Source of the DNA: a virus
Lineage: Duplodnaviria; Heunggongvirae; Uroviricota; Caudoviricetes
Length of the DNA: 25,327 nucleotides
Strand: one strand, 5' to 3'
Virus record (IMG/VR): IMGVR_UViG_2671180357_000004
Coordinates: 1 to 25,327 of that record
In this document: positions 15,692 to 24,537 of the stretch, in pieces
How the letters are laid out: the number at the start of each line of letters is the position of its first letter
How positions within the stretch are numbered: the first letter of the stretch is position 1
The notes under the pieces: model-generated
The model's database searches: none
What the model was told of the DNA's origin: nothing
Seen by the model: the letters and a program-made list of their open reading frames with translations, nothing else
Position numbers and translations under genes: made by a program

Positions 15692-16562
15692 AATTATTTT
15701 TTACCATCTCGTAAAGAGATGAGGACTTCGCCTTCTCAACAAAGCAAGTCAGATCCACATCGCTGTAGGTGGGAGATTTGAGGATCTTGCCATCAGAAAC
15801 CCTGAAACCGATCATCATGTCAGTCCCTTCAGCATGGCGGAACCCCAGATCTTCCTTATCGTATTTGCAATTCTCTACCGCCACACGACGCTCTTCGGCG
15901 TCAGCCGGCCACAGCTTGGTCATGTTGGAACGGTGGATTTCTGCCACCAGCTCAACAATATCGATTCCGAGAAAATCAGCCAGACGGTAGGTCATCATGC
16001 AGGCAACGTAGATTTTGTTCATCACGCGGCGCAGCTCCTGCACCAATTCGGAATCGCTTATCGGCTTCGCTTCAAGTTTGTCAGCCAGCGCATTCAGCAT
16101 TAATGCAGCTTCTTTTGCTTCTTCAAACGGGATAGCCATATCGTCAAAGACCGTGTTGCCCGGAACCATGATGGTGTGGATGAAGCGATCAACACTCTGC
16201 TCTTGGGTGTAGTAACTCATGCCCGTCGAGATGCCGCCTTTGATGGCCACCATTGTGCCGACGCCCACGTAAAGGAAGTCAGCCATCGCGTCCAGCAGTG
16301 CCGTCATATCCCCATTTTTGGCTGCCGGGATGCCCTCGGTAACTGCTTCTTCGTGGATCAGCTTGGCACGCAGACGTAGTAATGCCGGATCTGGAATGGC
16401 ACGGCGTGGGTGCTGAAACAGTGTGTGGAACTGGTCAACCATCAGGTAGATGCTTTCCGTTGTCTTGCCGAAACCGGGATTCAACTCGTAAGGCTCTGGT
16501 TTAAACCCCACGAGTTTGTCTGCGGCAAGTTTCAGATGATCGGTCAGTTTCGTAAATTTCAT
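15684..16562 (-). CDS. Hypothetical protein (292 aa); tentatively an all-alpha NTP pyrophosphohydrolase (MazG-like)
   Basis: ATG with SD AAGGAAAG; segments LIHEEAVTEGIPAAKNGDMTALLDAMADFLYV and YRLADFLGIDIVELVAEIHRSNMTKL resemble MazG-type motifs (weak, from memory). Confidence 0.45.
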   Translation of the reverse strand: MKFTKLTDHLKLAADKLVGFKPEPYELNPGFGKTTESIYLMVDQFHTLFQHPRRAIPDPALLRLRAKLIHEEAVTEGIPAAKNGDMTALLDAMADFLYVGVGTMVAIKGGISTGMSYYTQEQSVDRFIHTIMVPGNTVFDDMAIPFEEAKEAALMLNALADKLEAKPISDSELVQELRRVMNKIYVACMMTYRLADFLGIDIVELVAEIHRSNMTKLWPADAEERRVAVENCKYDKEDLGFRHAEGTDMMIGFRVSDGKILKSPTYSDVDLTCFVEKAKSSSLYEMVKNNCK

Positions 16563-16763
16563 GTTTTCTTTCCTTTAGACTTCTTTTGATACGCCAATTT
16601 TGACCCAGCAGCGCCAGGCCACAAAGTGGTTAAACTCGGCTTAGAGGTATTCGAACTGGCTCGGGCCAGTGCAATCGACAGCGAACTTTGTCAGCGCTTC
16701 ATGCAGCTGGCAGCGGCTCGGTGGGCGTTACGTTTTACGATGCTTATTATGTGTAGCCCAATT

Positions 16764-16789
16764 AAAAAGACCACTATATATAGTGGTCT
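16764..16789 (-). terminator. Rho-independent terminator (- strand)
   Basis: 20-bp perfect palindrome GACCACTATATATAGTGGTC followed on the - strand by TTTTT. Confidence 0.5.
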
Positions 16790-16796
16790 CATGGTA

Positions 16797-16816
16797 ATAG
16801 ATAAGCACTTACCTAT
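16797..16816. repeat. AT-rich dyad motif, copy G (ATAGATAAGCACTTACCTAT)
   Basis: Between the RuvC-like gene stop and the terminator. Confidence 0.5.
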
Positions 16817-16827
16817 CAATTATCAAC

Positions 16828-17397
16828 TTATAAAATTCCAGCAAGAACATCGCGAACCTGACGGAATTGATCAGTTTGCATACCGGTGTAAATCGATGCG
16901 ACAGCGTCCGCAAGGTGCTCGTTTTTATTCACCAGCACTTCCTTGCCCGATTGCTTCCGGCGCAACCACGGGGCGTTTGGCTGCTTCTGCGTAGCCCACT
17001 GAATGATCTCTTCTTTCGACGTAGTCAGCTTATTCCCGACATAGTACTTAATCTCGTTTGGCGTGACCTGTATCAGTGGCTTATCCACACACGCCAGTAC
17101 GCCAAGACAACCACCATAAGAAACCATCGCTCTAGCAGATTGACTGCCTACTGGCAGTTCACAGAACACTAAATGAACTTGGTCAATCAGTGGCTTAATA
17201 CCACGCCAAATCTCGTTCAACCGCCGCATATCGTCACTGTTAACGCGAACTTGCTTTTTCGTATCACCAGCTTTCGTCTCAATGAGATGCAACTTATTGA
17301 CCTGCAATGCACCTGAATCCAGTTCTATTTCTCCGATGGCAACGCCAAAATTTGACAGAGATGGATCGAGACCTGCAACTTTGATTACTTTTTTCAC
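16828..17397 (-). CDS. RuvC-like Holliday junction resolvase
   Basis: KVAGLDPSLSNFGVAIG, LVFCELPVGSQSARAMVSYGGCLGVLACV, NEHLADAVASIYTG resemble RuvC catalytic regions; GTG start with SD GGAGG. Confidence 0.65.
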   Translation of the reverse strand: MKKVIKVAGLDPSLSNFGVAIGEIELDSGALQVNKLHLIETKAGDTKKQVRVNSDDMRRLNEIWRGIKPLIDQVHLVFCELPVGSQSARAMVSYGGCLGVLACVDKPLIQVTPNEIKYYVGNKLTTSKEEIIQWATQKQPNAPWLRRKQSGKEVLVNKNEHLADAVASIYTGMQTDQFRQVRDVLAGIL

Positions 17398-17591
17398 TCT
17401 GTGACCTCCATTTCAACAAAATGCGGTAGATTGTGCTCTTCGATAAATCGCTTACGCGCTAAGTAAGCCTCCAATTCATCGTGACATTGATACAAGAAGA
17501 CACACTCTCCTTTCCACACAACTCTAGCAACCCAAACCTTGTTCGTTTTGCAGTAATGAACGCCAGTAAACTTCGACGTACTACCATCCAC
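17394..17591 (-). CDS. Small AP2-like DNA-binding domain protein (65 aa)
   Basis: GVHYCKTNKVWVARVVWKGECVFLYQCHDELEAYLAR resembles the AP2 fold pattern; GTG start with SD AAGGGAAA; stop overlaps the RuvC-like start (GTGA). Confidence 0.45.
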   Translation of the reverse strand: MDGSTSKFTGVHYCKTNKVWVARVVWKGECVFLYQCHDELEAYLARKRFIEEHNLPHFVEMEVTE

Positions 17592-17727
17592 TTTCCCTTG
17601 TTTATTTGCACTCTGGACGTGCTTGTCAGCCCACCTCAGATTCCCTGGTTCATATCCCTTGCTGGAGTCGATGCGATCAAGCGTAACCCCCTCTACAACT
17701 CTCTCCGTATCGGAAATTTTGGTCTCC

Positions 17728-18474
17728 TTACCACGTAGCCCAGGTTGGGCATTCCATTAGTTTCTGTTCAAGTGTCTTCTCCGGCTCGCGAGTTGGCGGC
17801 TTCGGAATGTCGTTAACTACGTGAATGCCATCGTTGATCAGAACGCCTGCAGCAATATCTGCATCAATCATGCTCTGGCCGATGAAATGCCGCATGATGT
17901 CAATAAGTTGGCACGCAGCCTTTTCATTCGCGTTGAATACGTGGGGGAGGAGAACTTCAATAATCGCTACTTCACATCCCTTCTCGTAAAAGCAGAGTTT
18001 CGCCCGCTTTGAAATTGGCGCGTGCCGGTCATAGTCAACAGAGAAGCTGGCGAAGGCAGCACCCGGCATTGCAACGTGATCCGCGCGTGCGTTAGCGTGT
18101 CGAATCAGATTAGTGAATGCGGTGCTGATGTGCGTCTCCATTGCATTGAAGAGTGCATTTTCTTGGATGTTCAGCGTTCCGGTTTCAGGAATCACAACGA
18201 ACCCCGGCCCAGAATGTGGGAGATATCCACCTTCCGTAAATGGATTAATAAGGATCGGCGCAGTGCTTCCTGACGGCAGATTAGCCAAGCTCGGCATCAA
18301 AGGAGTCGATGACAATAGATTGGTTAATACCGAGAACTGGTCGTCGCTGATGTTTACGTTTTTCCACAAAAGTGCAGGCGGAGTTACTTTTGCTGTATGG
18401 TTGTTTATCAGCTTTATAGACTGCATCACGGCAAACATCTGCAAAAACTGCGTGCGGCTCAAGTTAAACGACAT
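17728..18474 (-). CDS. Hypothetical protein (248 aa)
   Basis: ATG with SD AGAGGGG; no recognisable domain. Confidence 0.5.
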   Translation of the reverse strand: MSFNLSRTQFLQMFAVMQSIKLINNHTAKVTPPALLWKNVNISDDQFSVLTNLLSSTPLMPSLANLPSGSTAPILINPFTEGGYLPHSGPGFVVIPETGTLNIQENALFNAMETHISTAFTNLIRHANARADHVAMPGAAFASFSVDYDRHAPISKRAKLCFYEKGCEVAIIEVLLPHVFNANEKAACQLIDIMRHFIGQSMIDADIAAGVLINDGIHVVNDIPKPPTREPEKTLEQKLMECPTWATW

Positions 18475-20380
18475 AGCTGCGCCCCTCTTTAACTTCGACA
18501 GTGATAATTTCCCGGAACCACGATTTCATCTCTTTGTGGGAGATGATCATCACTGTGCCACGTTCACGCGCTTTGGCTTCCAGAATCCCCATGAGACGCT
18601 CCAGACCGGCTGTGTCGAGCGCGTCGTCAATTTCATCACCGATAAATAGCTCGATATTCTTACTGGCGCGACTGGCAACCAGATCCTGCAAAGCCAGAGA
18701 GCACGCAATACGTACCTTACGCTTCTCACCACCAGACAAAGTCTGGAAGGATTTGCTGGAGCCTGTTTTGATTACGCTGATATTGAATTTGTCGCGATAC
18801 TCACCTTTCTTCGTTGTCTCCATTGTCGACCATTCGGCAACGATATTGCCGTCCGACAGCGTGTTGAGATACTCCGCAGTCCTGATGTTCAGGAAAGGCG
18901 TAACGGAGGTCAGGATGTGTGAACGCACGCCTGCTGGGGAGTAAACCTGGCGGGCCTTCTCCAGCAACAGAGCCTGTTCCTGAATGCTCTTTAACTCATT
19001 TTTAAGTACTGCATGATTAGATTTATTGGCAGCCAGGTTGTCTTCATGGCGCTTAATAACGGCCAGAAATGGGTTTGTTTCCGCCATGATGCGATTCACT
19101 TCAGTACGCGCCCGCGCAACCATCGCTTCGACGGCCACAACTTCACGTTCGCGATGACGCAGCGCACTTAGCTCATTGGTCAGGCGTTCTATTGTGGAGA
19201 TGATTTCTGAGACGTCGGGTGTAGCTGCGACCAGTGCAGACTCGATACCGAGCGCTTTCTCAAGACGAGCCTTGTGTTGAGCCACTGCCGCTGCTGATGT
19301 CTGCGCAAGGCCGATCTCATTGCGCGCTTGTTCAATGAAGCTCTCCTTCACCGTGGATAAATCTTCTTCGCAGTAGGGCTTTCCGCACGTAATGCAGGGT
19401 GCCCCGATCTTTGTGCTGACCTCTTCAGCTTTGGTTTTAAACGAGCGAGCACGGTTTATCGACTCGTTCTGTGCCGCTTCTGAAGTACGGATGCTTGAGC
19501 GGATCTCAGTAATAGCACTGCGCACCTTCAGCAGTTTGGCGTCATGCTCTTCTTTGGAGGCCAGCTTGCTGCGTTCGCCAGCAATCGCGTTTTCCGTATC
19601 ACGGATCTGTTCCGGCAGCGAGCGAATTTCCATCTCGACTTCAGACAGTGTTACCTCCGCGCCAGCCAAATCGGCTCGGGCCTTGTCCAGACGCTCGCCG
19701 CGATCGCGCTCCCAGCTTTCAGAGGACGCTTTGGCCGCCTCAATCTCTGACTGTGCAGTCTCGATAAGCGTGAGACAGGCGTCCATTTTGGATTTGGTAA
19801 CGTCCATACGTGCGGCAGCTGCATTAGCACGCTCGCGGGCAATGGCATAGGCTCGCGTCAATCGGTCGACGCCAGCAGCTTCTTCAACGATGGTTTTGAG
19901 GCTCTTGTCGGACATACCGGGCAGATCTGGCATCGCTTCCTGACTGGCGTAGATGGACGCCATGAACACCTCTTTCGATGCCCCAATCAGACGTTCTACG
20001 AACGTCTGTGTCAGCGTGTCCTTGCCTTTGGTCATATCACCGTCTTCACCACGGACGATTAGTCGGTTCTTGAACTCTTTGTGTTTACGATGGCGAATGA
20101 TCGCGTATTTCTTACCTTCGTCTTCAACTGTAACCATCACACGGCAGTTCTTCTCATGGCCCGTCGACAGCACATCATCGCCTTTGACGCCATGTGCAGT
20201 CTCACCATACAGACACCACATTAAGCTATTCATCAGAGTGGATTTCCCGGCGCCATTGCTGGCAGCAGACGTATCGCCACTGTTCACACCCTGGATCAGC
20301 ACCAGTCCACGCTGGTCTAACTCGACTTCTGCGCTGGCGATTGCCATAAAATTTTCAACCTGGAGCTTTAAAAACTTCAT
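18464..20380 (-). CDS. sbcC: SbcC/Rad50-like ATPase (recombination nuclease subunit)
   Basis: 638 aa from ATG MKFLKLQVENF (SD GAGGTG). Walker A NGAGKST, zinc hook CITCGKP, signature LSGGEKRKV, Walker B LFIGDEIDDALD, H-loop IISHKE, long coiled-coil middle. Confidence 0.85.
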   Translation of the reverse strand: MKFLKLQVENFMAIASAEVELDQRGLVLIQGVNSGDTSAASNGAGKSTLMNSLMWCLYGETAHGVKGDDVLSTGHEKNCRVMVTVEDEGKKYAIIRHRKHKEFKNRLIVRGEDGDMTKGKDTLTQTFVERLIGASKEVFMASIYASQEAMPDLPGMSDKSLKTIVEEAAGVDRLTRAYAIARERANAAAARMDVTKSKMDACLTLIETAQSEIEAAKASSESWERDRGERLDKARADLAGAEVTLSEVEMEIRSLPEQIRDTENAIAGERSKLASKEEHDAKLLKVRSAITEIRSSIRTSEAAQNESINRARSFKTKAEEVSTKIGAPCITCGKPYCEEDLSTVKESFIEQARNEIGLAQTSAAAVAQHKARLEKALGIESALVAATPDVSEIISTIERLTNELSALRHREREVVAVEAMVARARTEVNRIMAETNPFLAVIKRHEDNLAANKSNHAVLKNELKSIQEQALLLEKARQVYSPAGVRSHILTSVTPFLNIRTAEYLNTLSDGNIVAEWSTMETTKKGEYRDKFNISVIKTGSSKSFQTLSGGEKRKVRIACSLALQDLVASRASKNIELFIGDEIDDALDTAGLERLMGILEAKARERGTVMIISHKEMKSWFREIITVEVKEGRSYVV

Positions 20381-20568
20381 ATAACACCTCTGATATCGTG
20401 TGTTAACTTTTGACCATCTTTCAATCTGAACTCCGTATGCGCGGGGAAGGATCTGCGATTCAATAAGCCTTTTCTGGTTAGCCTTCCAAGATAAAACGCT
20501 ACGGGATTTCCTCCTGAAGGGTATGGCTTGTGAAACATAACCGTCTGGCCTTTTTGAAGTTTTTTCAT
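20377..20568 (-). CDS. Small hypothetical protein (63 aa) translationally coupled to sbcC
   Basis: ATG MKKLQKG; stop TGA overlaps the sbcC ATG (ATGA). Confidence 0.4.
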   Translation of the reverse strand: MKKLQKGQTVMFHKPYPSGGNPVAFYLGRLTRKGLLNRRSFPAHTEFRLKDGQKLTHDIRGVI

Positions 20569-20609
20569 CACGATGGCAAACTCTCGAAAGCTCCCATAAT
20601 AACTTTGCC

Positions 20610-21695
20610 TCACACAGCCTCCGCACTCTCTGCTTCGGTCAAGATCTCCTGACACAGTATGTCCAGCTTGCTCAGGTCGAAGCCGCCGTCAGTGTCGTGA
20701 ACGATCTTGCAGTACGCCGCAACGGACTCGCCCAGGCTGTCAATCTTGCTGGTCTCCGCAGTACTGGCAGCGCCTTCCATCATCGATGCCTTGCGAATGA
20801 AGTTGCAGACGACACCCTTCGCGCCCATTGTTTTCAGGACGTTCTGAAGTTTGATGCCTTCTTCATCGCTCTCAACAACGGCACGGAAGCGCACGTAGTT
20901 ACCGCGAATCTGATCGTCATCTACATCGTCCTCAAGGTTCACGAATTTAGGTGCCGAGGTTTCGTGGTGAGTGAATGAGCCGTCCGGTTTGACGATCATG
21001 AAGCCGGCCAGTGAACCAACATCCCCCCAATTCTGGTGTGTCAGCGCCCCGATACTTACCACTCCAGGCAGCACTTCTTTGTGGTTGTGGTAGTGCCCGG
21101 ACAACAATAAACGGAAGCCGATATCTTTCAGTTCCTGTGCGTCGATGCCGACATCGGGCATAGTGGGGATCGCTTTGTTGATTGAGGTATGTACAACAAC
21201 ATCATGGTTGTCACCATCCAGCCCGGAACGCAGCGTTTTGAGATCGCTGATAAGTTCTGCGTGGTTATTACGCCAGCTAATCAGATGGACGGTTACGTCG
21301 CCCATTTTGATGGAATGAGGACGTTTGCCGCAGACGATTTCCACACCGATTGAGCGCAGAGAGGCTGCTGCATTGGCGCTGTATACGGAATCGTTGGTTT
21401 CGAGGTCGTGGTTGCCAGCCAGCATTACCACCTTGAGACCCAACTCTTTGATGATCCACTCGTAAGTTTCGGTCACGAAATGCAGAACGGAAGGTGATAT
21501 AGCACCGCGAACATGGAAGGTATCACCAGCTACCAGCATGTGCTTACAGCCAGCAGCTTTCATCGCTTTGGCCGCCTCCTTCGTAGCGTCCAGTTGGATC
21601 TCCAGCCGAGAGTTAAGCCCGTCAGCGTTTGTTGTCGCAAAAGCATCCCAACGATGATAATGGGGATCTGATATTACCCCGTATGGCAATGTCAT
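20610..21695 (-). CDS. sbcD: SbcD/Mre11-like nuclease (calcineurin-like phosphoesterase)
   Basis: ISDPHYH, VAGDTFH, LAGNHD, SGHYHNH motifs; SD AAGGAAAAG. Confidence 0.85.
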   Translation of the reverse strand: MTLPYGVISDPHYHRWDAFATTNADGLNSRLEIQLDATKEAAKAMKAAGCKHMLVAGDTFHVRGAISPSVLHFVTETYEWIIKELGLKVVMLAGNHDLETNDSVYSANAAASLRSIGVEIVCGKRPHSIKMGDVTVHLISWRNNHAELISDLKTLRSGLDGDNHDVVVHTSINKAIPTMPDVGIDAQELKDIGFRLLLSGHYHNHKEVLPGVVSIGALTHQNWGDVGSLAGFMIVKPDGSFTHHETSAPKFVNLEDDVDDDQIRGNYVRFRAVVESDEEGIKLQNVLKTMGAKGVVCNFIRKASMMEGAASTAETSKIDSLGESVAAYCKIVHDTDGGFDLSKLDILCQEILTEAESAEAV

Positions 21696-21810
21696 GTGTC
21701 TTTTCCTTTGTGGTTATTTTGATACAAATTCTAAGCGTGCATAAGAGGCGTACAACTCATACAACACGGCACACAAAAGAATATAAAGGCACATGATAAT
21801 GATAAAAAAA

Positions 21811-21830
21811 TAAGTAAGTAAATACCTATC
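21811..21830. repeat. AT-rich dyad motif, copy H (TAAGTAAGTAAATACCTATC)
   Basis: In the 396-bp spacer upstream of the sbcD-like start. Confidence 0.4.
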
Positions 21831-22091
21831 AGATAGAGCGGCAACGATTTCTAAACGTCACAAGCAATTTTATGAGAGCAGTCATTTACTGATGACAAGA
21901 AATGAAAAAGGAGAACGAACGGTGAAGTTGTGAGATGACATTTACGGCGTTTGCGTGCGTCGTCTTCAAACGCATCCGTCGGCCACAGTTTCTGCTCTTG
22001 AATAAAATTCACTCATGCATTAATCCCTAAAGCTCTCAGTGTCTTTCTAAGACACCATATTTTATGCCCGGTAAAAAGCATGAGTTTGCCT

Positions 22092-22736
22092 TTAAAACGT
22101 CTCTGAAGGCTTCTGACGCGCTCTGCTGATGTCTATTACCCCAGCTTTTGGACGAGGGTCTACAAGATTCAACTCTTCAGCACTGTGATACTCCGTGTCG
22201 AACTCCCGATCGACATGGCGAATGTAGATGGCTGTCAGAAGGCTGTTATCATTCAGAAAGTGTCCGTAAGATTTGTGAATTACTTCGCTAACCTTCTCAA
22301 TCTTCTCTCCGCCCATGCAGAGATGGTTAAATCGGCTGTGTTTCCGCAGCATTTCATCCACCGGGCCTGAGTAGACCTTATCAACTCTCCCGAACCGGAT
22401 GATATTTCCGGTATCAGCTTCAACCAGACAAACGAGTTTGCCAGGTTCGACACGATCTCGCCAAGTGACACCAGAGCGCAGTGTGTTGAAGTAGGGAGCA
22501 TCCAATCCGATGATCGGTTTACGAAATGCTAGTAGTGGCACGTAACGTATGCAGCTGTTTAGGTGGAAATGCGCACCGGCGTCGTGGAGTTTAAGCCGGG
22601 TTTCGTTAATCGGGCATTTCGAAGCAATGCCGCAAAGGTCGCAGAGCAACTTCTGTTTGTTCAGACTAGTGTTTGATTCAATGGTGTAGGAGCCATCTTC
22701 AAGACGGCGAACCCAGCGCGTGCGTTTAAGATCCAT
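22092..22736 (-). CDS. Hypothetical protein (214 aa)
   Basis: ORF in track; ATG at 22734-22736; contains CDLCGIASKCP; no confident domain call. Confidence 0.5.
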   Translation of the reverse strand: MDLKRTRWVRRLEDGSYTIESNTSLNKQKLLCDLCGIASKCPINETRLKLHDAGAHFHLNSCIRYVPLLAFRKPIIGLDAPYFNTLRSGVTWRDRVEPGKLVCLVEADTGNIIRFGRVDKVYSGPVDEMLRKHSRFNHLCMGGEKIEKVSEVIHKSYGHFLNDNSLLTAIYIRHVDREFDTEYHSAEELNLVDPRPKAGVIDISRARQKPSETF

Positions 22737-22813
22737 AATTCTTGTTCAAATAATTTTGTCCGGGGCAACGATAACGGATAAGGCGCACCGGAGTTTGCAA
22801 ATGCCTGTTTACT

Positions 22814-22830
22814 TATTCACTTTATTCACA
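22814..22830 (+). promoter_or_regulatory. Two tandem DnaA-box-like 9-mers (TTATTCACT, TTATTCACA)
   Basis: Fit the relaxed TTWTNCACA consensus; immediately upstream of the GATC cluster and iteron array. Confidence 0.4.
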
Positions 22831-22835
22831 GGCCC

Positions 22836-22893
22836 GATCCAATATTTAGATCCCCAGAGAGATCCTACAGAAGATCAAAAGAGATCCCCGATC
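22836..22893. promoter_or_regulatory. GATC cluster (6 Dam sites in 58 bp) of origin module 1
   Basis: GATC at 22836, 22849, 22861, 22873, 22883, 22890, mostly within AGAGATCC-type 10-12 bp repeats. Confidence 0.6.
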
Positions 22894-22934
22894 GTCTCCA
22901 GCGCTTGCGGTTACTGGCTTGAGAAGGGGTTACT

Positions 22935-23036
22935 ATCCACTATAGGGAGCAAAATAACCACTGTAGAGAGCATAATAACCGCTATGAAGAGCAAAACAAC
23001 CTCTCTGGAGAGTAGTCGGTATCCACTGTAGTGAGT
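22935..23036 (+). repeat. Iteron array 1: five direct repeats at 21-bp spacing
   Basis: ATCCACTATAGGGAGC, AACCACTGTAGAGAGC, AACCGCTATGAAGAGC, AACCTCTCTGGAGAGT, ATCCACTGTAGTGAGT at 22935, 22956, 22977, 22998, 23021. Confidence 0.85.
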
Positions 23037-23196
23037 AGGAGACAATGTTTTAACTGGATAACTCCGAGCCTGTTTTTCTGCGGCAGATGGCTGATATTCT
23101 TGGAAATATTGTAAATTTTGCGTTGCGGCGTGTTTATTTCGATCACACATTATCCCCAGAAGGGGAGTGATGCCTGATTTTGTAATTATCTGATTT

Positions 23197-23269
23197 TTAT
23201 ACACAGGCCCGATCCAGTAATTCAGATCCCTGTTAGAACCAAAGAGAACCACAAAGACCCAAAGAGATC
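23197..23269. promoter_or_regulatory. Origin module 2: DnaA-box-like TTATACACA plus 3 GATC sites and AAAGAGAnCC repeats
   Basis: CACAGGCCCGATCCA... segment is a near-duplicate of 22828-22893; GATC at 23211, 23225, 23266. Confidence 0.45.
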
Positions 23270-23317
23270 CCCGGCCCCTGCAAACCGTTGTGCCACATGG
23301 CTTTAGAGGTTATCGAT

Positions 23318-23439
23318 ATCCACTATAGTGAGAAGAACAACCACTATGGAGAGTAAATCAACCACTATGGAGAGTAGAAAAACCGCTGTAGGCGGTAGGA
23401 TAACCACTGTGATGGGTGCTACTATCCACTGTAATCAGT
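23318..23439 (+). repeat. Iteron array 2: six direct repeats at 21-bp spacing, ending 40 bp upstream of repA
   Basis: Starts at 23318, 23339, 23360, 23381, 23402, 23424; consensus A(A/T)CCACT(A/G)T(A/G)G(A/T)GAG(T/C). Confidence 0.85.
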
Positions 23440-23478
23440 AAAGGCACCCAAGCCGTCGAATAAAAAGAGACATTTGGA

Positions 23479-24534
23479 ATGAGCGTAAACGACAATAAAA
23501 ACATTGCGATAAGCGAAGCATTTTCCGAAACAGACAAAAAGACCGGCGAAGTTGTTACGTTAGTTCCTAACACCAACAACACAGTTCAGCCTGTTGCTCT
23601 GATGCGTCTTGGTCTCTTCGTTCCGACGCTGAAATCGACATCCAGGGGTAGAAAGGGGCAAATGGTCTCTATGGACGCCTCCGCTGAACTCAAACAGCTG
23701 TCTCTGGCCAAAGCCGAAGGGTACGAGGATATAAGGATTGCTGGTCTTCGTCTTGATATGGATAACGATTTCAAAACATGGGTGGGCATCATCCACGCGT
23801 TCGCCAAGCACAAGGTTGTTGGTGACACCGTCACGTTGCCGTTCGTCGAGTTCGTCAGACTTTGTGGCATTCCAACAGCCAGATCGTCCGCGAAGTTACG
23901 TAAGCGCCTGGACAGCTCTCTAAGTCGTATCGCCACAAACACCATCTCATTCCGCAGCAAAGGCTCTGAAGAGTATTACGTTACGCACCTTGTGCAGACG
24001 GCAAAGTACAGTACCAAGAATGACACGGTCGAACTGAAGGCCGATCCTAAGATTTTCGAACTTTACCAGTTCGACAAAAAGGTGCTTTTGCAACTTCGGG
24101 CCATCAACGAACTCTCCAGAAAGGAATCCGCGCAGGCGCTCTACACCTTCATTGAAAGTTTGCCACCAGACCCGGCGCCAATCTCATTGGCTCGCTTACG
24201 CGCCAGACTTAACTTAACCAGCCGCACCATTACCCAGAATGCGACAGTCAGGAAGGCGATGGAGCAGCTGCGAGAGATCGGCTATCTCGATTACACTGAA
24301 GTGAAACGCGGCAGCTCGGTCTACTTCGTCATCCACTATAGACGGCCGAAGTTACGTTCGGCACTGCCGCCATCTATGGCCACGCCTGAAGATCCAGAAG
24401 ATATCTTGCCAGGTGATGATCCGGAGGACATTATCGATGTTGCTCCTGAAGAAAAAGACGGGGAAATGGTCATGTTGAGCAAGGAAGAACTGGCGATTCT
24501 CGAAGAGCTGCGCAAGGCAAAGGCTCGCAAATAG
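23479..24534 (+). CDS. repA: Iteron-binding replication initiator RepA (RepFIB / P1 RepA-like)
   Basis: 351 aa; [72 protein letters not shown] recalled as hallmarks of RepFIB/P1-type initiators; flanked on both sides by iterons. Confidence 0.9.
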   Translation: MSVNDNKNIAISEAFSETDKKTGEVVTLVPNTNNTVQPVALMRLGLFVPTLKSTSRGRKGQMVSMDASAELKQLSLAKAEGYEDIRIAGLRLDMDNDFKTWVGIIHAFAKHKVVGDTVTLPFVEFVRLCGIPTARSSAKLRKRLDSSLSRIATNTISFRSKGSEEYYVTHLVQTAKYSTKNDTVELKADPKIFELYQFDKKVLLQLRAINELSRKESAQALYTFIESLPPDPAPISLARLRARLNLTSRTITQNATVRKAMEQLREIGYLDYTEVKRGSSVYFVIHYRRPKLRSALPPSMATPEDPEDILPGDDPEDIIDVAPEEKDGEMVMLSKEELAILEELRKAKARK

Positions 24535-24537
24535 CCC

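Noticed and set aside
22935-22950. T7-promoter-like sequence CCACTATAGGGAGC
   Set aside because: Resembles the 3' half of the T7 class III promoter but is simply one variant of the iteron consensus; no T7-type RNA polymerase context.
23479-24534. Identity with bacteriophage P1 itself
   Set aside because: RepA resembles P1/RepFIB-type initiators, but the iterons (A(A/T)CCACTGTAGNGAG) differ from the P1 iteron sequence as I recall it, and the flanking gene content does not follow the P1 replication-region gene order (no partition genes seen immediately downstream within the window).
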